Shown: positions 18,727 through 29,190, counted from the stretch's first letter. The stretch: DNA of 64,000 nucleotides from Candidatus Bathyarchaeia archaeon (GCA_038883715.1 JAVZLS010000003.1:61160-125159), one strand, 5' to 3'. The notes: generated by a model not told the origin, from the letters alone. Program-made: numbers and translations.

Positions 18727-19602
18727 CTGCCATCTCAACAAGTTTTAAAAGAAAAGATCGACGAGGTTGAGGAAATAACGAAAATTCTTAGGCAATACAA
18801 AGTGGTGGGCATAGCAAGCCTTCAGAAAGTCAGGGCTTCTCAACTTCAAGAGTTCAAGAAAAAGCTGGCGGCAGACGTTTACATGCGTGTTGTAAAGAAT
18901 ACGCTGATGAAAAGAGCCATTGAAAACTGCAAGGAAAAGCAGGGATTAGAAAAACTGGAGAAATACTTGACAGGACCAAATGTCTTCCTCTTCACAAATC
19001 TTAACCCATTCAAATTAGCACTGCTCCTTGAAAAGGGGAAAGTTCGCCTAACTGCAAAAGCTGGGGACATAGCGTCCTTCGACGTCATAGTACCCGCTGG
19101 AAACACTGGACAACCGCCGGGACCAATAATAAGCCAGTTAAACGCTGTGGGTTTGCCGACAAGAATTGAGGCTGGAAGCGTGTGGATAACAAAGGATACC
19201 TTAGTGGCACGCAAAGGTGAAGTGATTTCTGAAAGGCTTGCCAGCGTCTTGTCAAAGCTTGGAATAAAACCTGTTGAAGCAGGACTCATAATGAAGGCTG
19301 TATATGATGAAGGCTTAATCATAGAAGGAGAGCAGCTCAAAATCGATTTGGAGGGAACCAAGAAACAGTTTGAAGCTGCCTATGCTGAAGCCTTTAAGCT
19401 GTCAATAGGCGCAGCTTATCCAACAAGAGAGAACATACAAACCTTAATCCAAATTGCTCATCAAGAGGTATACGCCCTCTCGTTAGGGGCGGCCATACCA
19501 ACTAAGGAAACAATAAAAGACCTTATTAGAAAGGCTCACGCTGAAATGTTAAGCTTAAGTATGAGAATTCCCAATTTGGAAGGGGAAACCAAGCAAAGTT
19601 AA
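18727..19602 (+). CDS. rpl10: 50S ribosomal protein L10 (P0), probable CTG start
   Basis: KNTLM, NLNPFKL, PAGNTGQPPGP. An in-frame extension PSQQVLKEKIDEVEEI starts at CTG 18727 after AGAGGGG. Confidence 0.93.
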   Translation: MPSQQVLKEKIDEVEEITKILRQYKVVGIASLQKVRASQLQEFKKKLAADVYMRVVKNTLMKRAIENCKEKQGLEKLEKYLTGPNVFLFTNLNPFKLALLLEKGKVRLTAKAGDIASFDVIVPAGNTGQPPGPIISQLNAVGLPTRIEAGSVWITKDTLVARKGEVISERLASVLSKLGIKPVEAGLIMKAVYDEGLIIEGEQLKIDLEGTKKQFEAAYAEAFKLSIGAAYPTRENIQTLIQIAHQEVYALSLGAAIPTKETIKDLIRKAHAEMLSLSMRIPNLEGETKQS

Positions 19603-19629
19603 AATAGTTTAAGTAGAGGTGAAAAAGGT

Positions 19630-19953
19630 ATGGAATACATTTACGCTGCAATGCTCCTCCACAAAGCTGGAAAACAGATAACCGAAGAAAACCTAACACA
19701 AGTTCTAACCGCCGCCGGAATAGACGTTGACGCCATGAGAGTTAAAGCCCTGGTGGCTTCACTGGCAGAGGTCAACATTGACGAAGTTATAAAGTCAGCT
19801 CCAACATTTATGGCAGCGCCAGTCACCGCACCAGCAGCCGCGACACCGGCAGCGGAAGCCAAGCCAAAAGAGGAAGAGAAGAAAAAGAAGGAAGAAGAGG
19901 AGAAAGCCAGAGAGGAAGCAGCGCTCGAGGGGCTTGGAGCACTCTTCGGCTAA
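19630..19953 (+). CDS. rpl12: 50S ribosomal protein L12 (P1)
   Basis: [11 protein letters not shown]...EGLGALFG. Confidence 0.97.
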   Translation: MEYIYAAMLLHKAGKQITEENLTQVLTAAGIDVDAMRVKALVASLAEVNIDEVIKSAPTFMAAPVTAPAAATPAAEAKPKEEEKKKKEEEEKAREEAALEGLGALFG

Positions 19954-20037
19954 ACATGCCTTTTATTTTTGTAGACCAGAAGTCTGCGTTTAAAAGCCTA
20001 GCAATGAATATAAACAAATTTTAAATTATCGACTATC

Positions 20038-20451
20038 ATGAAGCTCTGCAGCGCTTGCTTATTAGGAATAAGATGCAGATACGACGGAAGAGATGCCCTT
20101 AACGAAAAAGTTATCATGCTGCTGAAAACGGAAACCCTTATACCAGTGTGCCCAGAACAAATTGGCGGCTTACCAACACCAAGGGAACCAGCAGAAATCA
20201 AGGATGGAAGGGTAATCACAAGGTCTGGAAGAGACGTAACAGAAAACTTCAAACGCGGAGCCGAAGAGGTTTTGAAAATCGCAAAATTATTCGGCGTAAA
20301 GGAGGCTGTGCTAAAGCAGGGAAGCCCCTCGTGTGGTTGCGGGCGCATCTATAATGGCACGTTTTCCGGCAAAACCGTGAAAGGCGATGGAATCACAACA
20401 GCCCTACTCAAAAAGCATGGAATTAAAGTAATAACTGAGGATGACTTATAG
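20038..20451 (+). CDS. DUF523 / 2-thiouracil desulfurase family protein
   Basis: SACLLG..CRYDG, VCPEQIGGLPTPR, SPSCG. Confidence 0.9.
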   Translation: MKLCSACLLGIRCRYDGRDALNEKVIMLLKTETLIPVCPEQIGGLPTPREPAEIKDGRVITRSGRDVTENFKRGAEEVLKIAKLFGVKEAVLKQGSPSCGCGRIYNGTFSGKTVKGDGITTALLKKHGIKVITEDDL

Positions 20452-21471
20452 ATTTTGGTTTTCGCTATACCATTTTGATGTTTTTAAAGCTTTTAGTAAC
20501 AGCAGAGGCAACCACCCGCAAATAATCATTAGAGTCCCGGGAAAAGCCCTCAAGTTGAAGGTCAAGATTAATGCTTCAAAAATGAAGAAGGATACCGCCA
20601 TAGCGACTGCCGATAAAACTGCAATTTGCCGCCCGTATTTCTTGTAGGTTTGCACTGCTATAAGACCAGCAAAGAAGAAGTCGCCTAAACCAAGTGATAT
20701 GTAAAGCACACCCCAACGTGTGGCTATTTCCGGGATTGTTGGCAAAGTGACGAGCACTGGAAGCCTTAGGGCAGTGACATGCGTTGCTGCTGAAACCATT
20801 GTGCCCGTTACAAGGACAAGAATAATATCTGCGACTGTTAGAAGCCCAGCGAAGGTCAGTGTTGTTTTCCATGTGAAAAGTGCTCCGAGATAGAGGATTA
20901 CGAGAATGGCGAAAACTATACCGTACATGTTAAGAAGGTACGGAAACCATACGGGGCTTCGGCTATAAAAAACGTAGAGAATTATGAATAAGGCTGATGG
21001 CAGAATAGCCAAATACCACCGCCGCCCAAAACTTGTTCTTATTTCCTCGTAGGCTATAGCTATGAAGGAAAAACCGAATAGACCGTAAAATGCCGCAGCC
21101 CCATAAGAAGATAGTCCTCTCAACACGTCCATGCTGAAGAGGCTGACCGTCGCCGCTACAAAGCTGATTGCAAAAAAGGCTCCACAGAAGAGTTGAGCCC
21201 TAATCTTTCTAAAATCTGAGAAGATGTAGGTGAATATGAAGAGAAGAGATGCATAGGCGAACAGAAATATTGTCATAACAGCCATTTGCGGGACAAAAAC
21301 CATGAGCGAGATAGCCACACTTATCGCGGCTACAAGCATTACGGCGTCTTTAACGCCGAACTCCCTCTTCTCAAAAGTCATCTTCAGTTTTCCTTCAACC
21401 TTATCATTCAGAAACATGGCTACTGTGGTTACGGTGAAAAGCGTCAGCGGCATGGCAACATCGAAGTACAT
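20446..21471 (-). CDS. GxGD intramembrane aspartyl protease (signal-peptide-peptidase/presenilin-like)
   Basis: Multi-TM protein with VADIILV (first Asp), LGLGDFFFAG (second Asp) and C-terminal AFPG (PAL-like). Confidence 0.72.
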   Translation of the reverse strand: MYFDVAMPLTLFTVTTVAMFLNDKVEGKLKMTFEKREFGVKDAVMLVAAISVAISLMVFVPQMAVMTIFLFAYASLLFIFTYIFSDFRKIRAQLFCGAFFAISFVAATVSLFSMDVLRGLSSYGAAAFYGLFGFSFIAIAYEEIRTSFGRRWYLAILPSALFIILYVFYSRSPVWFPYLLNMYGIVFAILVILYLGALFTWKTTLTFAGLLTVADIILVLVTGTMVSAATHVTALRLPVLVTLPTIPEIATRWGVLYISLGLGDFFFAGLIAVQTYKKYGRQIAVLSAVAMAVSFFIFEALILTFNLRAFPGTLMIICGWLPLLLLKALKTSKWYSENQNL

Positions 21472-21503
21472 GAGCGCAAATAGGCTAAACGGGCATTTAA
21501 ACC

Positions 21504-22358
21504 TTAAACTCTAAAAGCGCAATTAAAAACGGCCAAAGAGGCAATAAGAGCCTCTTCGGTTCGCACAGTTTCAGTGGACTGCCATGGGATTGTATTAACG
21601 ACAAAATCTACAATTTGGTCGAGGTTTAGCCCTTCATGCTTGGCTATCTCGTACAGCCCCTTTGTTGGCGCCCCAAAGGCTATTAATATTTTTTCTGCGG
21701 TTTTCCATCTCTCAGCAATTCTTTCTTTGATATCTGTAAAGGGGACGCCATACCTTGATGTGGCTATTTTCAAGTTAAAATGTCTGCGCTCCACCAGTTT
21801 CCCAAAGGATTCTTCCCAAACAGTTACCGCATATCCCCAATAATAAGGGACATCATTGCGGTTCGCAAGGCTTGCCACAACATGCTTATTTACGCCAGCT
21901 ATCCTCACGGTTACCCGCTTTCCAAGGGGAAAACGTAAGTCTGGAATTAGGGCGAGTTTGTTCACTCCTATATCCACAAGCACGCCTTCCTTCGACTTCG
22001 CCACCGTGACGCCTTCCCTGTATTCACCAACCTTTAGGTCTGCTACCTTTTTGCCTAAGGGATGGTGTGGCGTTCTCAGTGGCGGGAGGATTCCAGCATA
22101 ACGCAATTCAGGCTTCAACTTGAAAAGCTTCTTGCGCAAATACTGCGGAGTTTCCATGTAACTTAGCAGCGTAGCGATTAAGTCCATGTCAGTTTTTTGG
22201 TTAAGCTTTAACTCGTCCTTGTAAATTATTATCTCTTCAACTCCGAAAATAGCGGCAGCTCTCCCAATTAAGCCTATTTTTGAGGTTTTTTCTCGGAGAT
22301 GTGGAGTGTCGGAAACAACGGATGCTGGAATGGCTATTGAGATGCTTTTTCTCTTCAA
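21504..22358 (-). CDS. SPOUT RNA methyltransferase (DUF171/MTH1-like)
   Basis: ETPQYLRK, GILPPLRTPHH, NTIPWQSTETVRTEEA. Confidence 0.92.
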   Translation of the reverse strand: MKRKSISIAIPASVVSDTPHLREKTSKIGLIGRAAAIFGVEEIIIYKDELKLNQKTDMDLIATLLSYMETPQYLRKKLFKLKPELRYAGILPPLRTPHHPLGKKVADLKVGEYREGVTVAKSKEGVLVDIGVNKLALIPDLRFPLGKRVTVRIAGVNKHVVASLANRNDVPYYWGYAVTVWEESFGKLVERRHFNLKIATSRYGVPFTDIKERIAERWKTAEKILIAFGAPTKGLYEIAKHEGLNLDQIVDFVVNTIPWQSTETVRTEEALIASLAVFNCAFRV

Positions 22359-22442
22359 CCTTTTACACCATTCTGTGTTATTGTATGATAGTTTTAACTT
22401 AAAAGCTAAAAGCGACAGCTGCTAACTGCATACAGATGCAAA

Positions 22443-23561
22443 ATGCCACAAGCAACAATTCTGGACAACTTAGACAAGATTAGAGAAGTAGATAAAAACG
22501 ACATGCTCTCTTTTTGCGTCAACGCTGCAGAACATTATGAAAGCGCTTTCCAAATAACTGAAAAAGTTGCTGTTGATTATCCGAAACCCAAATCGATAAT
22601 TGTGGCTGGCATGGGCGGTTCAGCAATAGGCGGAGAACTTCTAAAGGACTGGGCAAGCGACATGCTCACAATTCCAGTAGAAGTTTGCAGGGAGTACACG
22701 CTACCAGCCCACGCCGACAAAAGGACATTAACGTTCATTGTGAGTTATTCTGGGGAAACAGAAGAAACTCTAAGCGTTTTTCTCGATGCGGTAAAGCGGA
22801 ACTGTATGATAATCTGCATAAGCTCCGGAGGCACTCTCCTAAATTTTGCAGGAAAACTGAAGATTCCAAGCATACATGTTCCAGAGGGAATTCCGCCAAG
22901 GGCAGCCCTTCCATACCTTTTCACCCCAACACTAGTAATCCTACAGAAACTTGGCTTAGTTACAAAAGTTAGAGCTGAAATCTCTGAGGCTGTCACGGTG
23001 TTAAAGCAAGTTTGTAACCAAAATGCGCCAGAAAACCCTTTGAGAGAAAACTTTTCTAAAAAACTTGCCACCGACATTTGCGGAACGGTTCCTGTTGTTT
23101 ACGGCTTTGGATTTTATCGTTCTGTGGCGCAGCGCTTTAAACAACAATTCAACGAGAATGGTAAGATTCCATCAAAATGGGAGGTTTTCCCAGAGCTAAA
23201 CCATAATGAGGTTGTCGGTTGGGAAAAAGCCGAGGAGTTGGCGAACCATTTTTCAGCGGTTATTATACGGGACAAGAGCGAACCAGAGCCCATTAAATGC
23301 AGAATAGAGGCAACTAAGGAGTTGTTAAGCGGCAAGGTGAAGGGAATCTATGAGGTCTGGAGCAGGGGTGAGGGGAGATTAGCCAAAATGTTGTCTACAA
23401 CCATTATAGGAGACTTTACAAGCGTTTATCTTGCAATTCTGCGCGGGGTGGACCCAACGCCAGTAAAGACCATTTCTATGTTAAAGGATAAAATCTCCAA
23501 AACCGGGCTTAAAGCTAAAATAGTTAGCGAATTACAGAACCTTGTTAGGAGAAGAGGCTAA
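22443..23561 (+). CDS. Bifunctional phosphoglucose/phosphomannose isomerase
   Basis: GMGGSAIGG, SYSGETEET, QFNENGK, PELNHNE. Confidence 0.94.
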   Translation: MPQATILDNLDKIREVDKNDMLSFCVNAAEHYESAFQITEKVAVDYPKPKSIIVAGMGGSAIGGELLKDWASDMLTIPVEVCREYTLPAHADKRTLTFIVSYSGETEETLSVFLDAVKRNCMIICISSGGTLLNFAGKLKIPSIHVPEGIPPRAALPYLFTPTLVILQKLGLVTKVRAEISEAVTVLKQVCNQNAPENPLRENFSKKLATDICGTVPVVYGFGFYRSVAQRFKQQFNENGKIPSKWEVFPELNHNEVVGWEKAEELANHFSAVIIRDKSEPEPIKCRIEATKELLSGKVKGIYEVWSRGEGRLAKMLSTTIIGDFTSVYLAILRGVDPTPVKTISMLKDKISKTGLKAKIVSELQNLVRRRG

Positions 23562-23563
23562 CT

Positions 23564-24625
23564 TTAAAGTCTTTGAGCAATGAACTCTTCAAACATTTTC
23601 TCAGCAATCTCTAAGGAAAGCAGCTGCGGCGGGTGTTTGAAGGCATACGCGCATATTGGGAGAATCGCCCCTTTCAATTTTCTGTTTAAAGCGATTTTAA
23701 CAGCTCTTATAACATCTAATAACACTGAGCCGGCATTTGGCGCGTCCACGGTTGAGAGGCGCATATCTATCTGCATTGGTGTCCCGCAGAAGTATAACCC
23801 TTTTATCCAGAAGTAGCTGTCACGCCTGTTCTGCAGAAAATCAACATAGTCCGTCGAACCCGCGACCACTTCCGCTTCGTATGGCAGCGCCGCCTTAACA
23901 GTTTCAGTTTTAACAGTCCTTTTCAGTTCGCGTGTTCTGTCCAGCGTGTCAAGCGACTCTGTTCCTCCGCCAACGTCAAGCTGGTATGTCTCAGTTATTC
24001 GCACACCATGCTTTGAAAGAAGTCGCAACAGCGTTTTGTGTAATGTTGTAGCGCCTATCTGGTCTATGAGGTCGTCGCCGACCAAGGGCAGTCCAGCCTC
24101 TTCAAAACGCCTCGCCCAAGCTGAATCGCTTGCTATGAAAGCTGGTGTAGCGTTTATAAAGGCGCAGCCAGCCTCCAAAGATTGGCTGGCGTACCATTCA
24201 GAAGCCTTCACGGCACCGCTTGGAAGCAGATTAAGTACAATTTCCGCCCCGCTTTCCTTTAACACTTCTGCGACATTAGCTTCTTTTGAACCGTTTACTT
24301 TGACAACTTCTTTTGTGTATTCGCCTACACCGTCTAAAACTGGTCCCTTCTGAACTATTACGCCAGACGAGGGGACATCTACAAGTTTTGGGGCATTATT
24401 CGGTGGTGCAAATATAGCTTCTGAAAGGTCCCTTCCAACTTTTCTGCTGTCGACGTCAAAGGCTGCGACTATTTGAATATCTCTTGGGTGAAAGCCTCCC
24501 AAGAAGAGGTTGCGTAAACCAACACATTCATCATCGCTATTAAAGTTCTTATAGTAGTGTAAGCCTTGCACAAGGGCTGATGCACAGTTTCCAACGCCAA
24601 CAACCGCTACTTTTATTTTTGGCAA
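23564..24625 (-). CDS. ino1: myo-inositol-1-phosphate synthase family protein
   Basis: GVGNCASALVQG, AAFDVD, GDD, TYQLDVGG, DAPN. Confidence 0.88.
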   Translation of the reverse strand: MPKIKVAVVGVGNCASALVQGLHYYKNFNSDDECVGLRNLFLGGFHPRDIQIVAAFDVDSRKVGRDLSEAIFAPPNNAPKLVDVPSSGVIVQKGPVLDGVGEYTKEVVKVNGSKEANVAEVLKESGAEIVLNLLPSGAVKASEWYASQSLEAGCAFINATPAFIASDSAWARRFEEAGLPLVGDDLIDQIGATTLHKTLLRLLSKHGVRITETYQLDVGGGTESLDTLDRTRELKRTVKTETVKAALPYEAEVVAGSTDYVDFLQNRRDSYFWIKGLYFCGTPMQIDMRLSTVDAPNAGSVLLDVIRAVKIALNRKLKGAILPICAYAFKHPPQLLSLEIAEKMFEEFIAQRL

Positions 24626-24702
24626 GCCTAAACCACCATTTTGTTCCTTTCATATTACATACGGATTTATAAAGTTCTATGCCAATCCATTAGCAGTTAA
24701 AA

Positions 24703-24951
24703 GTGATAGAAATGAAGACATGGTTGGATGTTTCGGTTCTACGTTGTCCAAACTGCGGCCGCCACTACGTTGAAGCCTCATGGTATGTCGTTGAAATGGA
24801 GGCAGATATTGAATGCGGGGAATGCGGAAAAGAGTTTAACAGCAAGAAAAACGCGTTGGACAGGGTACTCCTAGAATTTGAAATTGGCGAGGATGGAAAA
24901 CTCCGGAAAGTGGACGTTAAAAAACATTTAAGAATAGAAAAGGGCACGTGA
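24703..24951 (+). CDS. Small zinc-ribbon protein
   Basis: CPNCG...CGECG; 82 aa. Confidence 0.75.
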   Translation: MIEMKTWLDVSVLRCPNCGRHYVEASWYVVEMEADIECGECGKEFNSKKNALDRVLLEFEIGEDGKLRKVDVKKHLRIEKGT

Positions 24952-24955
24952 AATG

Positions 24956-26022
24956 CTAGGTTGCTAATTTTGCTATTGGAACATACTCCACAAACATTCC
25001 GGACCTCTGCAGCACATCACGCCACAATTCAAGTCCCTTACTGGTAACCCACTTCTCAGGCGCCGGCAAACCCAAAACGGTCAGTCTATCCCCTTCCACA
25101 ATCTTTTCAGCAGTTATACACTTACCTGTTTTTGGATGGACAGGCGTTATTATGTCAGGCGCCACAGCAGCGAGTCGTCCATCCTTATAGGCGACCAGTA
25201 CCTCGTTTTTGGCTTTAAACTCAAATCTGCTTCCAGCAAATTTGCCAGCACCTTTAAGCTTCACATTAACGAAGGTGAAGCCCCCTTCCGTTCTCCTCTC
25301 GACCATGCTTACAACTCCCTCGAAAAGCCTGTAGCCTCCAGTTTCTTTCAACACATCGTCAATTGGGCTTTTAGCCTCTCTTAGAATTCTTCCAACTTTT
25401 ATAGCCTTGGACAAGCTTCGCTGCACCGGAGAAGTTTTCACTTGGACCCCGCTTAATATTCTCCTCGCAGTATAGGCTGAGTGCCCCCACTCGGCGGCTA
25501 ATACACGGGCAATTCTTTCAGCAGCCCTCGCGTCAACAGTCTCCTTAACTATAACCACGTTTTTAGCGTGCACATCAGCAACAACCATCGGCGCGAGCGG
25601 AATATCATCAATTGTGTAAACTTTTAAGTGGACCTCTGGAACGGATCTGCCAGCCCCATCCGCGTCCACAACTGGAATGCCGCGTCGAGCAGCAACATCA
25701 ACAGCTGCCAATGTGTTAAATCCGCCTAATTCTACGGGGATTGTGGCGAAAGCACAGAAGCCAGCATATTCCTCTAACGCTTTTAAGGTTTTTACTGCAG
25801 CATCCGAGTCATAATCAACAGATGTCGTCGCGCCCACACATGCAAAATTCACAACTTTGGCATTATCAGGAACCTCTAAGGGATCAACCATCTCGACGGG
25901 GATTTTATCTACGGCGAGGGTCTTTACTATTCTGTATCCAACTTCTGGGTCTCCACCGCCGCTGAAAATATCGCTGCCCCATCCACCAAATCCATTAAAT
26001 CTTGATAGCTCAAAGTCTTCAA
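24956..26022 (-). pseudogene. DUF917 family protein, frameshifted near 25960
   Basis: The main ORF has ELGGFN and VDADGAGRSVPE. The N-terminus MKTLSYQDLMDLVDGAAIFSA (TTG 26022) is out of frame with the following GGGDPEVGYRIV. Confidence 0.75.
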
Positions 26023-26116
26023 GTTCGAGTCTCCACTATTTTGCTTGAAAATTTATTATTGAGGAAGCCTTTAAAGGCTTTAACCAGCCAGCTTAAAAAA
26101 CGGGTGGCAAAGAAAG

Positions 26117-27874
26117 GTGAACAACCAAAAACAGGACAAGTTCACAATAATTAACGAGTTAGCCCGCCGCAGAGGCTTTTTCTGGCAATCCTACGAGATA
26201 TACGGGGGCGTAAGCGGCTTTGTAACCTACGGCTTTTTAGGCGCAAAATTAAAACAAAACATTGAAAACAAGCTTAGGGAAATCTTCGTTAACAGACTTG
26301 GAATAATGGAGATAGAAGCCCCCATAATCGCGCCGGGCAAGGTTTTTGAGGCTTCAGGACATGTTGACCACTTTAAAGAGCCTATGGTTGAATGCCTAAA
26401 ATGTAAAAGGCGATTCCGGGCAGATCATCTGCTTGAAGAAACGGCGAAGCTAAGTGCATCAGACGTTGAAAAATTAAGCTTAGAAGAGCTAAGAGAGGCT
26501 ATCGAAAAACATGACGTGCGCTGTCCGGAATGCGGAGGCACTTTTAGCGAACCAAAACATTTCCTAACAATGTTCAAAACAACCATAGGTCCGTACTCTG
26601 AAGCTGTTGGTTATGGTCGCCCGGAGGCTGCTCAAGGCATATTCGTGGAGTTCAGACGTCTATATGAAATGGCGCGGGAAAAATTACCTTTCGGCGTAAT
26701 GCAGATAGGCCACGCGCTGCGGAACGAGATTTCGCCGAGGCAGGGTTTGATAAGGCTTAGGGAATTCACAATAGTGGATATAGAGTTCTTCTTTGACCCC
26801 GAAGATCCCAACTGTTTTTTGCTGGATGAGGTGGGAGATGAGACTTTACGGCTTGTTCTAGCTGAAAGCAAGCTTCGCGGCTCTGAGGAAATCGTGGAAG
26901 CCACGGTTAAAGAGGCGCTTAAAAAAGGTTATATTAAAGTTCATTGGCAGGCGGCTTTCATGGCATTAGCTAAAAGATTATTGATGGAGCTAGGTGTCCC
27001 AGCTGAAAGTCAAAGGTTTATTGAGAAACTTCCATGGGAGCGGGCGCACTATTCGCTACAAAGCTTCGACCAAGAAGTCTATGTTGACCGCTGGGGATGG
27101 ATTGAAGTTTCTGGACACGCTTACAGAACGGATTACGATTTAAAACAGCACATGCAGTTCAGCGGAACAGACACAAGAGTGTTCAAAGAGTATGAAAAGC
27201 CAATGGTGAAAGAGAAAAAAGTTGTTAAGCCTTTAATGGTAAAGCTCGGACCAGCCTTTAAAGTAGAGGCACAAAAAATTGCTGAAATGCTTTCTGAGGC
27301 TAATCCGGAAGAGGTTGAAGCCTCATTTAAGACGAAGGGCTATTTCATGCTTGGAGAGCATAAAATTTTGCCCGAACACGTGGAAATCACAACATGTAAG
27401 GTGGAAGAGACAGGCAGACGCTTTATACCACATGTTGTGGAGCCTAGTTTCGGCTCTGATAGGCTTGTTTATGTGACTCTAGAATACGCATACCGTGTAA
27501 AAGATGATAGGGCAGTATTAAGTTTTCCAAGGGATATAGCCCCAATACAGGTTGGAGTTTACCCGTTGGTGAGCAAGGACGGATTGCCCGAGAAGGCATT
27601 GCAAGTTTATAAGATGCTGGTTGATGAGGGCTTTACAACAGAATATGATGAGGCTGGTTCCATCGGGAGACGCTACGCCAGAGCGGATGAGGTGGGCATA
27701 CCACTGGGAATAACAATTGATTATGAAACCCTTAAAGATGACACTGTCACCATTCGAGATCGCGACACTTGGAAACAGGTTAGAAACCGCATAGACGCTT
27801 TACCGGAACTTCTGCATAAGTACTTCCGTAAAAAAATCGAGTTTAAAGATTTGGGCGCGCTTGTTAAGGAATAG
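26117..27874 (+). CDS. glyS: Glycine--tRNA ligase (alpha2 type)
   Basis: EIYGG, RPEAAQG, RNEISPRQGLIRLREF, VEPSFG, GSIGRRYAR. Confidence 0.97.
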   Translation: MNNQKQDKFTIINELARRRGFFWQSYEIYGGVSGFVTYGFLGAKLKQNIENKLREIFVNRLGIMEIEAPIIAPGKVFEASGHVDHFKEPMVECLKCKRRFRADHLLEETAKLSASDVEKLSLEELREAIEKHDVRCPECGGTFSEPKHFLTMFKTTIGPYSEAVGYGRPEAAQGIFVEFRRLYEMAREKLPFGVMQIGHALRNEISPRQGLIRLREFTIVDIEFFFDPEDPNCFLLDEVGDETLRLVLAESKLRGSEEIVEATVKEALKKGYIKVHWQAAFMALAKRLLMELGVPAESQRFIEKLPWERAHYSLQSFDQEVYVDRWGWIEVSGHAYRTDYDLKQHMQFSGTDTRVFKEYEKPMVKEKKVVKPLMVKLGPAFKVEAQKIAEMLSEANPEEVEASFKTKGYFMLGEHKILPEHVEITTCKVEETGRRFIPHVVEPSFGSDRLVYVTLEYAYRVKDDRAVLSFPRDIAPIQVGVYPLVSKDGLPEKALQVYKMLVDEGFTTEYDEAGSIGRRYARADEVGIPLGITIDYETLKDDTVTIRDRDTWKQVRNRIDALPELLHKYFRKKIEFKDLGALVKE

Positions 27875-27950
27875 TTTTCGTTACCTTTTTTAATACTTCC
27901 GCAATATTAATGCTAGAAAAGCATAACGTGGTTTTGCGGCGGGAAGAAAC

Positions 27951-28610
27951 TTGGTGCTTCCAGCAGAAACAGAGGAACGCGTTAAACGTAGAGCTTTAAG
28001 CGTATGTCAAGAACACCTAAGGAAGGTACTAGACTTAACGCGAAAGGTTCCCCAAATGATTGAATGCTTTATAAAAAACGACAAGGCGCGGGCAAAGCAA
28101 ATCTATAACGAAATCAGAATGGGCGAAGAAGACGTTGATAATGCTAGACGCCTAGTTTCCCGCGAGCTTGCAGAGATAGGCGCCATACTCCTAAGCCGGG
28201 AAGACTTCCTAAGATTCACAAATTTGGCTGGGGAAATTGCCGACTTCTCTGAGGGAATAGCCTTCCGCATCCTCGAAATAATGGAGCACAGCTGGAACGT
28301 GCCTACGGAGATAAAAAAGGACCTTTTAAAACTTTCAGAAGCCTCGCTGGAAACTGTGCTTAAACTGAGAGAAACAATGATGGTCTTGGCTTATGGTTCA
28401 GAGAAAGCTATGGAAAAAGCCAGCGAGGTTGAATCGGCGGAACGCGTTGTCGACGAGCTTTATCGAACCCTTGAAATAAAACTTCTAAACAGCAAGCTGG
28501 AAATCCCAGCGCTCATACTTTTGAGGGACATCCTACAACTTTTGGAGGACTCCGCCGACAAAGCTGAAGATGCTGCAGACGCCGCAAGAGTCTTATCCTT
28601 CATAATGTAA
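27951..28610 (+). CDS. DUF47 / PhoU-like protein
   Basis: Helical repeats with E..AD/VD, REDF and EDSADKAED. Confidence 0.82.
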   Translation: MVLPAETEERVKRRALSVCQEHLRKVLDLTRKVPQMIECFIKNDKARAKQIYNEIRMGEEDVDNARRLVSRELAEIGAILLSREDFLRFTNLAGEIADFSEGIAFRILEIMEHSWNVPTEIKKDLLKLSEASLETVLKLRETMMVLAYGSEKAMEKASEVESAERVVDELYRTLEIKLLNSKLEIPALILLRDILQLLEDSADKAEDAADAARVLSFIM

Positions 28611-28632
28611 TGCAAAGCAAAGGGACAAAACA

Positions 28633-29190
28633 GTGCCAAGAAAAATACCAGTAGAATTCATCGAAAACTTTCTAGTGGTTTGGAACCCAAGCGATGGGTC
28701 TGAACTTTACAAGATGGGGTTTTATGGCAAGCCACTTGGGATACCAAAGCCGAAAATTCCAGAGTTTAATGTCCCATTAATTTTGGATTTGATGGAGGGC
28801 TTATACCTCGCCGAAAAGGGAATAATCACCGTTTATGAGGGCGCGGAAAAAACCCGCGTAAGCCTCAAAAAACTTCGACAGAAAGCCAGAACATTGTATG
28901 AGGAGTTTTACGAGAAATATGCTGTTTACCGCGACTTGCGGGATAGCGGAATGGTTGTCACGCCGGGGATAAAGTTTGGATGCGACTTTGCAGTCTACAA
29001 GCATGGACCGGGATTGGAACACGCTCCCTATATGGTTTCGGTTAAGAAGGCTTCATCCGAATTAACAGCCACAGAAATAGTGAAAGCTGGAAGATTGGCG
29101 ACGACAGTGCGGAAAAGATTCATAATAGCAGTGCCAGATTTGGAGAAGGGGAAAATAAGGTACATGATATTTAAGTGGTTTAAGGCATAG
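28633..29190 (+). CDS. endA: tRNA-intron endonuclease, catalytic subunit
   Basis: VYRDLR, GIKFGCDFAVY, EHA, GRLATTVRK catalytic Y/H/K; GKPLGIPKPK loop. Confidence 0.95.
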   Translation: MPRKIPVEFIENFLVVWNPSDGSELYKMGFYGKPLGIPKPKIPEFNVPLILDLMEGLYLAEKGIITVYEGAEKTRVSLKKLRQKARTLYEEFYEKYAVYRDLRDSGMVVTPGIKFGCDFAVYKHGPGLEHAPYMVSVKKASSELTATEIVKAGRLATTVRKRFIIAVPDLEKGKIRYMIFKWFKA

